The position numbers and the translations under genes are program-made. Under the pieces are notes generated by a model. The model ran no database searches. It was given only the letters and a program-made list of their open reading frames with translations, and was not told the DNA's origin. 64,000 nucleotides of DNA. Source: a virus. Below are positions 24,580 through 31,927 of the stretch, in pieces. The stretch covers positions 1-64,000 of IMG/VR virus record IMGVR_UViG_3300045988_164636; one strand, written 5' to 3'. The number at the start of each line of letters is the position of its first letter. Within the stretch, counting starts at the first letter, position 1.

Positions 24580-24832
24580 TATGTTAGAAACTTTAGAAGA
24601 TATAGCTAGAGATGAAACTTGCCCTATGAATATTGCGGCAGATATTTATCAATGGATAGATGAATTATCTTATTTAGATGTAATGCCTATAAGACATGGG
24701 TATTGGGAAATAGGATATTTTCATGATAGGGTATGTAGTCGCTGTTTACATCCAGACAATGATCTCGATGATTATCCGCACACCTATTGTCCAAACTGTG
24801 GAGCAAAAATGGATAAAGAAAAGCCTTATTGA
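24551..24832 (+). CDS. protein with C-terminal zinc ribbon
   Basis: CSRC-x16-CPNCG. Confidence 0.55.
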   Translation: MIDERIKYANMLETLEDIARDETCPMNIAADIYQWIDELSYLDVMPIRHGYWEIGYFHDRVCSRCLHPDNDLDDYPHTYCPNCGAKMDKEKPY

Positions 24833-24859
24833 GAATAAAAATAGGAGAGTATAATATAA

Positions 24860-25207
24860 ATGCGAAAAATCATAAAGTTATTTTTACCTGTTTTAATTTT
24901 ATGCCTTTTAGCAGGGTGTTCGAAACTCATTAGTACTGAATATAAGGACGTTGAAGTTAAAATTATAGATTGTTATCATGAAGATAGTTATACTACATAT
25001 GTTCCTTATAATAAAAGTTTTATACCAGTAGTATATTTTGAAGTAAATAAAGTAACAGTTAGTTACAATAATAATCAATATGTAATTAAAGGAGAAGAAG
25101 TATATTATAAATATAAGGATAAGATTGGTGAAACAGTAACAGGAACATTAGAAATTGAAAATTATGAAGATGGAACTAAAAAATTCAATATTGTAAGTTT
25201 AAGTTAA
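24860..25207 (+). CDS. lipoprotein
   Basis: Signal peptide with lipobox LLAGC. Confidence 0.65.
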   Translation: MRKIIKLFLPVLILCLLAGCSKLISTEYKDVEVKIIDCYHEDSYTTYVPYNKSFIPVVYFEVNKVTVSYNNNQYVIKGEEVYYKYKDKIGETVTGTLEIENYEDGTKKFNIVSLS

Positions 25208-25217
25208 GGTATAAGAA

Positions 25218-25496
25218 ATGAAACTATTAATTAAAAATAAAAATACAGGAGAAACTATACATTCTTTAGATGTGAATCCTTGTTTAGACTGGTCTTCTGA
25301 GAATACTTATTGCTACACTAATAAAGGTTGTAAAATATTATCAGTACCTCGATTGTATTTAAAAGTACAAGGTAATAATATAGATTACAACTTTATTGTA
25401 AAAGAAGTTATTAGAAGAGGAAATATTATAATTATAATAGGTGAAAAGGAAAATGTAGAATATAAACTATCTTTTAAAATGGAGGAATATAATTGA
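25218..25496 (+). CDS. hypothetical protein
   Basis: 92-aa ORF. Confidence 0.5.
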   Translation: MKLLIKNKNTGETIHSLDVNPCLDWSSENTYCYTNKGCKILSVPRLYLKVQGNNIDYNFIVKEVIRRGNIIIIIGEKENVEYKLSFKMEEYN

Positions 25497-25702
25497 AGTT
25501 TTTAAATTTAATTACCATATCTTCTACACAGTATAAAGAAATATTAGATAGATTATATTTTCTTAGGAGAGTATTACTTAAATTATCTGACGATAACCCA
25601 GAAATAAATTCAACGCGTAAGACTGTTGAAGAAATAGGGTATATTTTTACATATAATAATTCTGAGGAGAAATTCAAAAATGAATATAAAGAAAAGGAAT
25701 AA
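25493..25702 (+). CDS. hypothetical protein
   Basis: 69-aa ORF, TTG start after GGAGGAA. Confidence 0.45.
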   Translation: MKFLNLITISSTQYKEILDRLYFLRRVLLKLSDDNPEINSTRKTVEEIGYIFTYNNSEEKFKNEYKEKE

Positions 25703-25814
25703 AATATTAGGAATAATTGGAGTTATTTCTCTTTGTATTATAGGAATAACTTGTTTAGCAATGTTTTGTTTTGAAATTTATTTAACTTTTTTAATGGTTA
25801 GGAGTGTCTTATAA
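25680..25814 (+). CDS. 44-aa single-TM peptide
   Basis: MNIKKRNKILGIIGVISLCIIGITCLAMFCF...; RBS GAGGAGA; TAATG junction with the next gene. Confidence 0.4.
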   Translation: MNIKKRNKILGIIGVISLCIIGITCLAMFCFEIYLTFLMVRSVL

Positions 25815-26032
25815 TGATTACTTATAGATGCGATTTCTGCGGAGAAGAAGGAGCCATTCATGGAATTATTCTGCCTAATAAGGATACTTCTGATGAATTT
25901 AGATTGTATGAATATGATCTATGTGAAAATTGTATAAGAGAACTTTGTCAACATACAAGAGAGGAATTGATGAAATATGAAGGTTCAAGTAAAGAAACAA
26001 GGGGAAGATTTGCAGGAGTATTTAAATTTTAA
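25814..26032 (+). CDS. zinc-ribbon protein
   Basis: CDFCG ... CENC; same family as 22564 and 22775. Confidence 0.55.
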   Translation: MITYRCDFCGEEGAIHGIILPNKDTSDEFRLYEYDLCENCIRELCQHTREELMKYEGSSKETRGRFAGVFKF

Positions 26033-26188
26033 GCGGAAGCATCATACTACCAAAATAAAGAAAGGTAGGGGCAGTTATGATAGAAAGAATTATAAAAAAA
26101 TTTCCGCAGAAGATTTTTAATCTTATTTCATTTTTCTAAAAATTTTTGTTATAATATATATACAGTAAAGAAAGAAAGGAAAAAAGAA

Positions 26189-26464
26189 ATGGCTAAAACT
26201 TCACCTGAGATGATTGAAAAAATCAATGAATTATATTATATGATAGGAGTAAAAAGTCAAGTCGCAAGACAGCTTGGAATATCTCCCGCCACAGTAGCTA
26301 AGTATATTGATTCAAACTATATACCTAAGCAGGTGAAGTTTGAAGATATACCGCTTCCAGAAGATTTATCTATTGAAATATTTCAGCAAGAGTGGGTAGA
26401 TATACTAAAAATAAGCGAAGCTGAAATGGCGGCAATTAATGAGTTCAGAAAGGAGTTAAACTAA
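26189..26464 (+). CDS. HTH DNA-binding protein
   Basis: SQVARQLGISPATVAKYI helix-turn-helix; RBS AAAGGAAAAAAG. Confidence 0.55.
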   Translation: MAKTSPEMIEKINELYYMIGVKSQVARQLGISPATVAKYIDSNYIPKQVKFEDIPLPEDLSIEIFQQEWVDILKISEAEMAAINEFRKELN

Positions 26465-26781
26465 TGAAGGCTTTTGAAAATGCTGAGAGTTTAATGAGTG
26501 CAAATTTAAGAAGAGTAGGAATTACATTTGCCGCATGGGAAAAGCAGCCAGATTTAAAGTGTAATAGTAATTATCATATTTTATGTGCAAGATTATTTAA
26601 TCTTGATTATATATCATATCTTAAATACATTACTAATAAATATGGAGCAATTATTGTAGATAGCCCTGTTCCTTACGCTTTATTTCCAGATAGTAAGAAA
26701 TGTGATGCTCTTGTAGATGAACTTAATAAGAGATGGGAAATTGTATGTAAATTTAGAGAGGAGAATAATATCAATGTTTGA
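26464..26781 (+). CDS. hypothetical protein
   Basis: 105-aa ORF, TAATG coupling. Confidence 0.5.
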   Translation: MKAFENAESLMSANLRRVGITFAAWEKQPDLKCNSNYHILCARLFNLDYISYLKYITNKYGAIIVDSPVPYALFPDSKKCDALVDELNKRWEIVCKFREENNINV

Positions 26782-26828
26782 TTCTTTTTTAACAGATACA
26801 CAGGTGGAAGATTTTATGGAGGAAGAGT

Positions 26829-27050
26829 ATGAAGAAGAATGATTTTGTTTTACTATGCATATGGATTATGTTATTAATAATTCAGGTTACAATTATCATT
26901 TATGGCATTGTTCAAAATCAACAGGAAAGAGTATATTTATATGGAAAACAGCAGATAGACATATCTTTTAATAATCAGAAGATAGATAATTATGAAATAG
27001 TAGAAAAAGAAAATGGAAATGACCTTATAATCCATTTTGAAAAAATATAA
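26829..27050 (+). CDS. small membrane protein
   Basis: N-terminal TM FVLLCIWIMLLIIQVTIIIYGIV. Confidence 0.5.
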   Translation: MKKNDFVLLCIWIMLLIIQVTIIIYGIVQNQQERVYLYGKQQIDISFNNQKIDNYEIVEKENGNDLIIHFEKI

Positions 27051-27097
27051 AATTTTTGTTATAATATATATACAGTAAGAAAAGGAGAAACAAAAAA

Positions 27098-27214
27098 ATG
27101 GGCAGAACAGGAGAAAGCATTGAGAATAGAATTCATATATTAACACAAAGAGATGCTATGCGGAATGCGGCAATTATTAAGAAGTTAAATAGGCAGCTCC
27201 GCAAGATGAAGTAA
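27098..27214 (+). CDS. 38-aa basic peptide
   Basis: RBS AAAGGAGA behind class II promoter (-10 at 27060-27065). Confidence 0.4.
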   Translation: MGRTGESIENRIHILTQRDAMRNAAIIKKLNRQLRKMK

Positions 27215-27240
27215 CTTTTGATTTTTATAAAAATTTTTGT

Positions 27241-27246
27241 TATAAT
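27241..27246 (+). promoter_or_regulatory. class II promoter -10 driving tRNA island A
   Basis: TTTTTATAAAAATTTTTGTTATAATATATATG, 30 nt upstream of the first tRNA. Confidence 0.6.
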
Positions 27247-27275
27247 ATATATGTGAGTTAATTCTCACATAATAT

Positions 27276-27349
27276 GTGGATGTCGGTTAATGGTAAGCCT
27301 CCAGATCTGGGTTCTGGGTACGAAGGTTCGATTCCTTTCATCCGCACCA
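27276..27349 (+). tRNA. tRNA-Pro (UGG) with C33
   Basis: Acceptor GTGGATG/CATCCGC, D GGTT/AGCC, anticodon stem CCAGA/TCTGG with loop UCUGGGU, T GAAGG-TTCGATT-CCTTT, A73, CCA. Confidence 0.75.
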
Positions 27350-27673
27350 GCCGCAGTTGGTTATTACGAATCTGCGATGAAAACAAAATTTGTAATAAAT
27401 ATAAGAATGGTAGTTTAATAAAAATTCTGTCATATGCGGAGATGCAGGTAAAGAATCCTGAACGTTCTTATTTTAAATGTAATTACATTTTTGTCTTTTG
27501 GGTTTATTTAGACAATAAAGAAAATAAAACAGCATAAGCTACGCTATAGGAGCTGTACTGTGAGTTCAGGTAAAAACTTCGACTTTATTAACTAAGACGT
27601 GAGGGAGTTAATCGGCTTATGAAATTTCGATGACGGGAAATTTTAGGGTTGCAACCTTGATAGCAGTATATAC
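27350..27673 (+). ncRNA. ORF-free 324-nt spacer, candidate structured RNA
   Basis: No credible ORF; starts with GCCGCAGTT as does the spacer at 33677; local hairpins. Confidence 0.3.
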
Positions 27674-27750
27674 AGGGGAGTATCCGAATTGGCATAGGAG
27701 TTAGTTTCAAACACTAAATTATAAGGGTTCAAATCCCTTCTTCCCTACCA
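27674..27750 (+). tRNA. class I tRNA with anticodon CAA (Leu codon UUG), short variable loop
   Basis: Acceptor AGGGGAG/CTTCCCT, anticodon stem TTAGT/ACTAA, loop UUCAAAC, variable ATTAT, T AAGGG-TTCAAAT-CCCTT, A73, CCA. Confidence 0.7.
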
Positions 27751-27755
27751 TTAGA

Positions 27756-27986
27756 AGAGCTGGTTAGTTTAATGGCTAAAACGAAATCGAGTCGTTAAAT
27801 GATAAATTCAAGTATTCTTTTGAAATTTAGTTCATTTCAACTGAATAAACTAAATTTATTGATTTAAATGTCAAACGGATCCAATTGAGGTGCACCAATT
27901 TTTTACTGACGGATTTAGAAGTTAGAACTAAGAACTTCATTGACACAACAAGATTTAATGCGGGTTCGATTCCCGTACTGGCTCTT
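27756..27986 (+). ncRNA. tRNA-like element with about 160-nt insertion
   Basis: 5' AGAGCTG + D-like TTAG/CTAA + hairpin AACGA-AATCGAG-TCGTT; 3' GCGGG-TTCGATT-CCCGT + TGGCTCT pairing with the 5' end (2 G-U pairs). Confidence 0.3.
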
Positions 27987-27991
27987 AATAT

Positions 27992-28116
27992 GTGGAGGTA
28001 GCCCAACGGCAGAGGCAATGGACTTGTGGAGTGATCGGTATCATTAATTGGTTCAACTCCAATACTTCGCACCAAAAATCCATTCAGTGTGGGTTCGAAT
28101 CCCATTCTCCGCACCA
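27992..28116 (+). tRNA. tRNA interrupted in the anticodon loop by a 49-nt tRNA-like minihelix (28026-28074)
   Basis: Outer acceptor GTGGAGG/TCTCCGC, anticodon stem ATGGA 28018-28022 / TCCAT 28079-28083, T GTGGG-TTCGAAT-CCCAT, A73, CCA. Insert has its own acceptor GTGGAGT/ACTTCGC, T arm ATTGG-TTCAACT-CCAAT and A-CCA. Confidence 0.6.
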
Positions 28117-28147
28117 AAAGAAAAAGAAAAAAGAAAAGGAGAAAAAT

Positions 28148-28966
28148 ATGAGTTCTTATTATAGAGTATCTATTGATGATAATGAAGAAGTAGAAAAATA
28201 TTCAAATTTAATTGATTTAATTAGTGATCATGGATTTGTGAATAGTAAAGGAACAAATAAATTTTGTAGAATATCAGATGATAATTTAAAAGAAACTGAT
28301 TTTTTTACTATAAATAAAATTAAAAATCTTGCATTTGATGAAATCCTCTTAAAAAGAAAAAGTATGCAAGAAACAGATTTTAATGTAGATAATATAGTTT
28401 CCAATTCTCATATTTATAATTTAATGGAAAATAGAAATTCTTGTAGAACTATATTTGCTGATTTTGGTAATGAAAAATCTATTATTAAAAATGATTTCGG
28501 AGAAAATTCAATTAATGCTTCTACGAGTTCTAATACAATTATTCAGAATGAAAAGGCGGCATATAATATAACTGCTTCTACTGGTTTAGCCTCTATTGAT
28601 ATAGATATTAATAGTTCTAATTCTATTATAGCTAATACTGGAGATAATAGTTTAATTTCTATTGATAGTTCCAATTCAATTGCAGCAAATACTGGAGATG
28701 GCAGCTTAGTATGTGCAAAAGGAATTGGAACTGCCGCAATTTCATCTGGTGATTATTCTATTGTAAGTGCTGAAGGTAAAGACAGTTTTGCTATAGGCAT
28801 AGGTCATAATTGTATTGCTAAAGGTAAATTAAATAGTTATCTTATTCTTGCAGATTGGAAAGATAATAAATTAATTGATTTAAAAATGCACATAGTCGAT
28901 AATATAAAAATAAAAGAAGACGTTTATTATACGTTAAAAGATGGAGAATTTGTTGAGGTTAATTAA
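28148..28966 (+). CDS. beta-solenoid-like repeat protein (N[TI]G-x2-S repeats), paralog of 29232-30218
   Basis: Start moved to ATG 28148 after AAAAGGAGAAAAA (upstream part overlaps tRNAs); shared C-terminus AEGK[DN]SFAI...IKEDVYYTLKDGEFVEVN. Confidence 0.65.
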   Translation: MSSYYRVSIDDNEEVEKYSNLIDLISDHGFVNSKGTNKFCRISDDNLKETDFFTINKIKNLAFDEILLKRKSMQETDFNVDNIVSNSHIYNLMENRNSCRTIFADFGNEKSIIKNDFGENSINASTSSNTIIQNEKAAYNITASTGLASIDIDINSSNSIIANTGDNSLISIDSSNSIAANTGDGSLVCAKGIGTAAISSGDYSIVSAEGKDSFAIGIGHNCIAKGKLNSYLILADWKDNKLIDLKMHIVDNIKIKEDVYYTLKDGEFVEVN

Positions 28967-29028
28967 ATGGGAGTCAATGATTGTTTTTGTTTAAGAGTTT
29001 TATTGATTGAGAAGGAGTAAAATATTGC

Positions 29029-29235
29029 ATGATTATTAAAAACCAAGTATATGTACTCTCAAATTATGCAACAAGTGAATTACAAAAGATTTTAGACTGC
29101 CACGCAAAAGCTGGATATAAATTAGTTTCAACAGAAATGGCGAAAAACAGATACGATGTCGATGTGATGTATCTTTTCTTTGCGGGTGAATTTGATGAGA
29201 ATAAAAAGTTAAGTTTGACAGGAGAAAATAAGTGA
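29029..29235 (+). CDS. hypothetical small protein (DUF4177-like?)
   Basis: 68-aa ORF; segment AGYKLVSTEM...VMYLFF. Confidence 0.4.
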   Translation: MIIKNQVYVLSNYATSELQKILDCHAKAGYKLVSTEMAKNRYDVDVMYLFFAGEFDENKKLSLTGENK

Positions 29236-30218
29236 AAGGTTTAAAAGGTTTTAAAGGCTTTAATAAGGATTTTACTTGTCAAGGAAAACAGTATGCTGAA
29301 AATACTATTTTTAAAGAAAAAGATGCTGAAATTAATAAAAGTGGTATACATTTCTGTGTAAATCCATTCGATGTATTAGAATATTATGGATTTGTTAATG
29401 AAAATGCTGAATTAAATGAATTCGCAGAGGTAGAAGCATTACATGACTGCAAGACAGACGATGACAAGGAATATGTCACAAAAAAATTGAAAATTGGTAC
29501 AAAAATAGGCATCGAAGGATTAATAAAAGCATTTGTTGATTTTACGTTAGCAAAAACAGAAAGTATAGTAACGAACATAAATTCTCGATCAATATCAACA
29601 AACACAGATCTTGAGTCAGTGACAATGAATACAGGTTTTTGTTCAGGAGCAATAAATACAGGACGTGATTCAATAGCAATGAACAAGAGTAGTTATTCAG
29701 TAGCAATGAACACAGGTAATCGTTCTGTATCAACGAGTATAGGTCTTCAATCAGCGGCAATGAATACTGGTATCTATTCTGCGGCAATGAATACAGGACT
29801 TAATTCAGCTTCTATTAATACTGGCAATTTTTCCGTATCCATGAATACAAGTTATCGTTCAGGAACATTGAACACAGGGGACAATTCAGCTTCTATAAAT
29901 ACTGGTGATTTTTCAGTTTCCACGAATACTGGTAATTGTTCGGTAGCGATGGGTAGTGGTGATTATTCGGTAGCAATAAACATCGGTGATTGTTCGATAG
30001 CAAACGCTGAAGGAAAAAATAGTTTTGCAATTGCGACAGGAATTAATAGCAAAGCAAAAGGAAAATTTGGATGTTATATTGCTATTGCAGAATGGAAGCA
30101 AAAAAATATCGGAGAATATGAATTCATTGATTTCAAATCACATAAAGTTGATGGAAAAATTATAAAAGAAGATGTTTATTATACATTAAAAGATGGAAAA
30201 TTTGTTGAGGTTAATTAA
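29232..30218 (+). CDS. repeat protein: KGFxKDFTCxGxQY N-terminal domain + about 15 NTG-x2-S-x-[AS] repeats
   Basis: GTG start after AGGAGAAAA; repeats SVAMNTGNRSVSTSIGLQSAAMNTGIYSAAMNTGLNSASINTG...; C-terminus matches 28148-28966. Confidence 0.7.
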   Translation: MKGLKGFKGFNKDFTCQGKQYAENTIFKEKDAEINKSGIHFCVNPFDVLEYYGFVNENAELNEFAEVEALHDCKTDDDKEYVTKKLKIGTKIGIEGLIKAFVDFTLAKTESIVTNINSRSISTNTDLESVTMNTGFCSGAINTGRDSIAMNKSSYSVAMNTGNRSVSTSIGLQSAAMNTGIYSAAMNTGLNSASINTGNFSVSMNTSYRSGTLNTGDNSASINTGDFSVSTNTGNCSVAMGSGDYSVAINIGDCSIANAEGKNSFAIATGINSKAKGKFGCYIAIAEWKQKNIGEYEFIDFKSHKVDGKIIKEDVYYTLKDGKFVEVN

Positions 30219-30433
30219 ATGGAAATAGAAAAAGCAGAAAAAATAGCAGAAAAAATAGACCGATTAAAAAAATGGAAAAAATTGAGCGGTGCTTATGTGA
30301 TTTAGGAGCAATAAAAGTAGATAACATAATTATTTCTTTTTATTTAGAGCCTGATTTAGGAAAAATAATAAAAAAATATTATGAAGAAAAAATATCCTCT
30401 TTAAAAAAAGAAATAGAGAGTTTTGAATAAAAA

Positions 30434-30606
30434 TCAACAGTGGCGAAATAGGTAGACGCTAGTATGGCTGTTGTAATGACAGCAATAAGTTTACTTGCAG
30501 AAACGGCATGAGATACAGAGCGAGATAATTCAAACCTATAGTAAATAGGCATTAAAAATAATGGGAACGAGATTATTATGTATGGTGCAAATCCATACCT
30601 GTTGAT
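30434..30606 (+). ncRNA. tRNA-Leu-like element with about 90 extra nt and no CCA
   Basis: Acceptor TCAACAG/CTGTTGA, classic Leu-type D arm TGGCGAAATAGGTAGACGC, T arm GTATGG-TGCAAAT-CCATAC; internal hairpin GCTGT-TGTAATG-ACAGC. Confidence 0.4.
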
Positions 30607-30705
30607 TATTAAGTCGAGTCTTCCGACTTTAAATGGAGTAGGTTATTAGGTTTGTATGTTTTTCGCCCGTAACTGCAATCACAACAGAAAAACATACTTT
30701 AATAT

Positions 30706-30782
30706 ACGAGTGTGGTGCAATTGGTAGACACAGAGGCTTCAAGTACCTCCATTTCTGGGTTCGAATCCCAGCACTTGTACCA
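30706..30782 (+). tRNA. class I tRNA with anticodon CAA and Leu-type D arm
   Basis: Acceptor ACGAGTG/CACTTGT, D GTG-CAATTGGTAGA-CAC, loop UUCAAGU, variable CATTT, T CTGGG-TTCGAAT-CCCAG, A73, CCA. Confidence 0.7.
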
Positions 30783-30787
30783 AATAT

Positions 30788-30864
30788 GCGGAGATGGCTT
30801 AGCTGGTTAAAGCATCTGACTGATATTCAGAAGATCTTGAGTTCGAATCTCAATCTCCGTACCA
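30788..30864 (+). tRNA. tRNA-Ile (GAU)
   Basis: Acceptor GCGGAGA/TCTCCGT, anticodon stem TCTGA/TCAGA with loop CUGAUAU, T TTGAG-TTCGAAT-CTCAA, CCA. Confidence 0.85.
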
Positions 30865-30869
30865 TATAT

Positions 30870-30964
30870 GGAGGCGTAACCCTAATTGGTAAGGGATCGG
30901 TTTGCTAAACCGAGAGTAATCAGTTTATACTGGTGTGATGGTTCAAATCCATCCGCCTCCGCCA
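30870..30964 (+). tRNA. tRNA-Ser (GCU), class II
   Basis: Acceptor GGAGGCG/CGCCTCC, loop UUGCUAA, long variable arm, T GATGG-TTCAAAT-CCATC, G73, CCA. Confidence 0.85.
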
Positions 30965-31230
30965 ATAATATTAAGAGCTGTGAATATAGGCGGGAAAGAG
31001 AGATTTTTAACAACATATCTCGTTAGTTGTGGACATGGAAACTGCTCCTATGGCTGAAGGTTTCTTCTTAATATTTTCAATAGAAAAAGGCTGATGACCT
31101 GCGGAAGATTGAAATGATATATATCTCCGCCGTGCTAAAACGTATTAGATGACTATTGAGAGGTTACTTATTATTCTGGATTGCTCGCATTGCGGAATAA
31201 GTAATCAAAAGACAATCCAGTTTTATATAT
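30965..31230 (+). ncRNA. ORF-free 266-nt spacer with group-I-intron-like core motifs
   Basis: GGCGGGAAAG 30989-30998 and CTCCGCCGTGCTAAAA 31125-31140 resemble the P4 pairing (ACGGGGAAACC / AATCCCGTGG) of the true intron at 56458/56489. Confidence 0.3.
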
Positions 31231-31320
31231 GCCGACCAAATCTGTACGGCTACAGAGCTCGTCTTGAAAACGATGCGTGGGTTAATAGCCCATGGGGATC
31301 GACACCTCTGGTCGGCGCCA
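31231..31320 (+). tRNA. tRNA-Ser (UGA), class II, atypical T loop
   Basis: Acceptor GCCGACC/GGTCGGC, D TCTG/CAGA, loop CUUGAAA, long variable arm, T loop AUCGACA (A54), G73, CCA. Confidence 0.6.
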
Positions 31321-31455
31321 AGTACGTCAATTCATATAATTAATTCCTTTTCTGTGATGAGGAGAGTCTATTTTAGACTCTCCTTTATCCTTTTTGGTTA
31401 AAGTTGTTCAATATTATTTCTTAACTTTTGATTAAATAAAAAGGAGTGAAGTTTT

Positions 31456-31659
31456 ATGGATATGGTATTATATGCTCTTTTAAACAAGAGAATAAAAACA
31501 ATGTCATCTTCAATAAAAACAATTACAATAGATGAAAACAATCATTTAATTGTTATTTTATCTAATGATACAAGAATAGATGCGGGAGCTTTGCCTACTG
31601 GTGACCAGACCGCCGCAATAACAAATGAAGCGATTGATAAAATTTTTTCAGAAATTTAA
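31456..31659 (+). CDS. 67-aa paralog of the tail-fibre N-terminus
   Basis: MDMVLYALLNKRIK...NNHLIVILSNDTRIDAG matches MDMTLYALLNKKIK...ANHLICTMSDNTIIDAG of 37372-39072; RBS AAAGGAG. Confidence 0.6.
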   Translation: MDMVLYALLNKRIKTMSSSIKTITIDENNHLIVILSNDTRIDAGALPTGDQTAAITNEAIDKIFSEI

Positions 31660-31738
31660 TATTCCTATTTCATTTTTCTAAAAAATTTTGTTATAATTAT
31701 TATAGTAAAAAAGAGGAGATTATAAATCTTCCTCTAAA

Positions 31739-31927
31739 ATGAGAAAGGAAATTAAAAATATGAAGAAAAATTATGAGTATAAAATAGATAAAAAAGAAAG
31801 AATATTAGCAATAGTTAAGAAAATAAAAATTGCCGCAGATTGTGGATTATTAATTCTGAATGCTATACTCTTGATAAATAAAATCTCAATATTATATATA
31901 AATTTTTTGAAGAAAAGAAAAACTTGA
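31739..31927 (+). CDS. small membrane protein
   Basis: 62-aa ORF (or ATG 31758) with C-terminal TM. Confidence 0.45.
   Translation: MRKEIKNMKKNYEYKIDKKERILAIVKKIKIAADCGLLILNAILLINKISILYINFLKKRKT

Noticed and set aside
27274-28147. ORFs 27274-27537 (+), 27827-28117 (-) and the first 52 codons of 27992-28966 (+)
   Set aside because: They overlap tRNA genes. The minus-strand ORF is the typical GFEPT/GIEPA translation of antisense T arms. None has an RBS. The real CDS starts at ATG 28148 after AAAAGGAGAAAAA.
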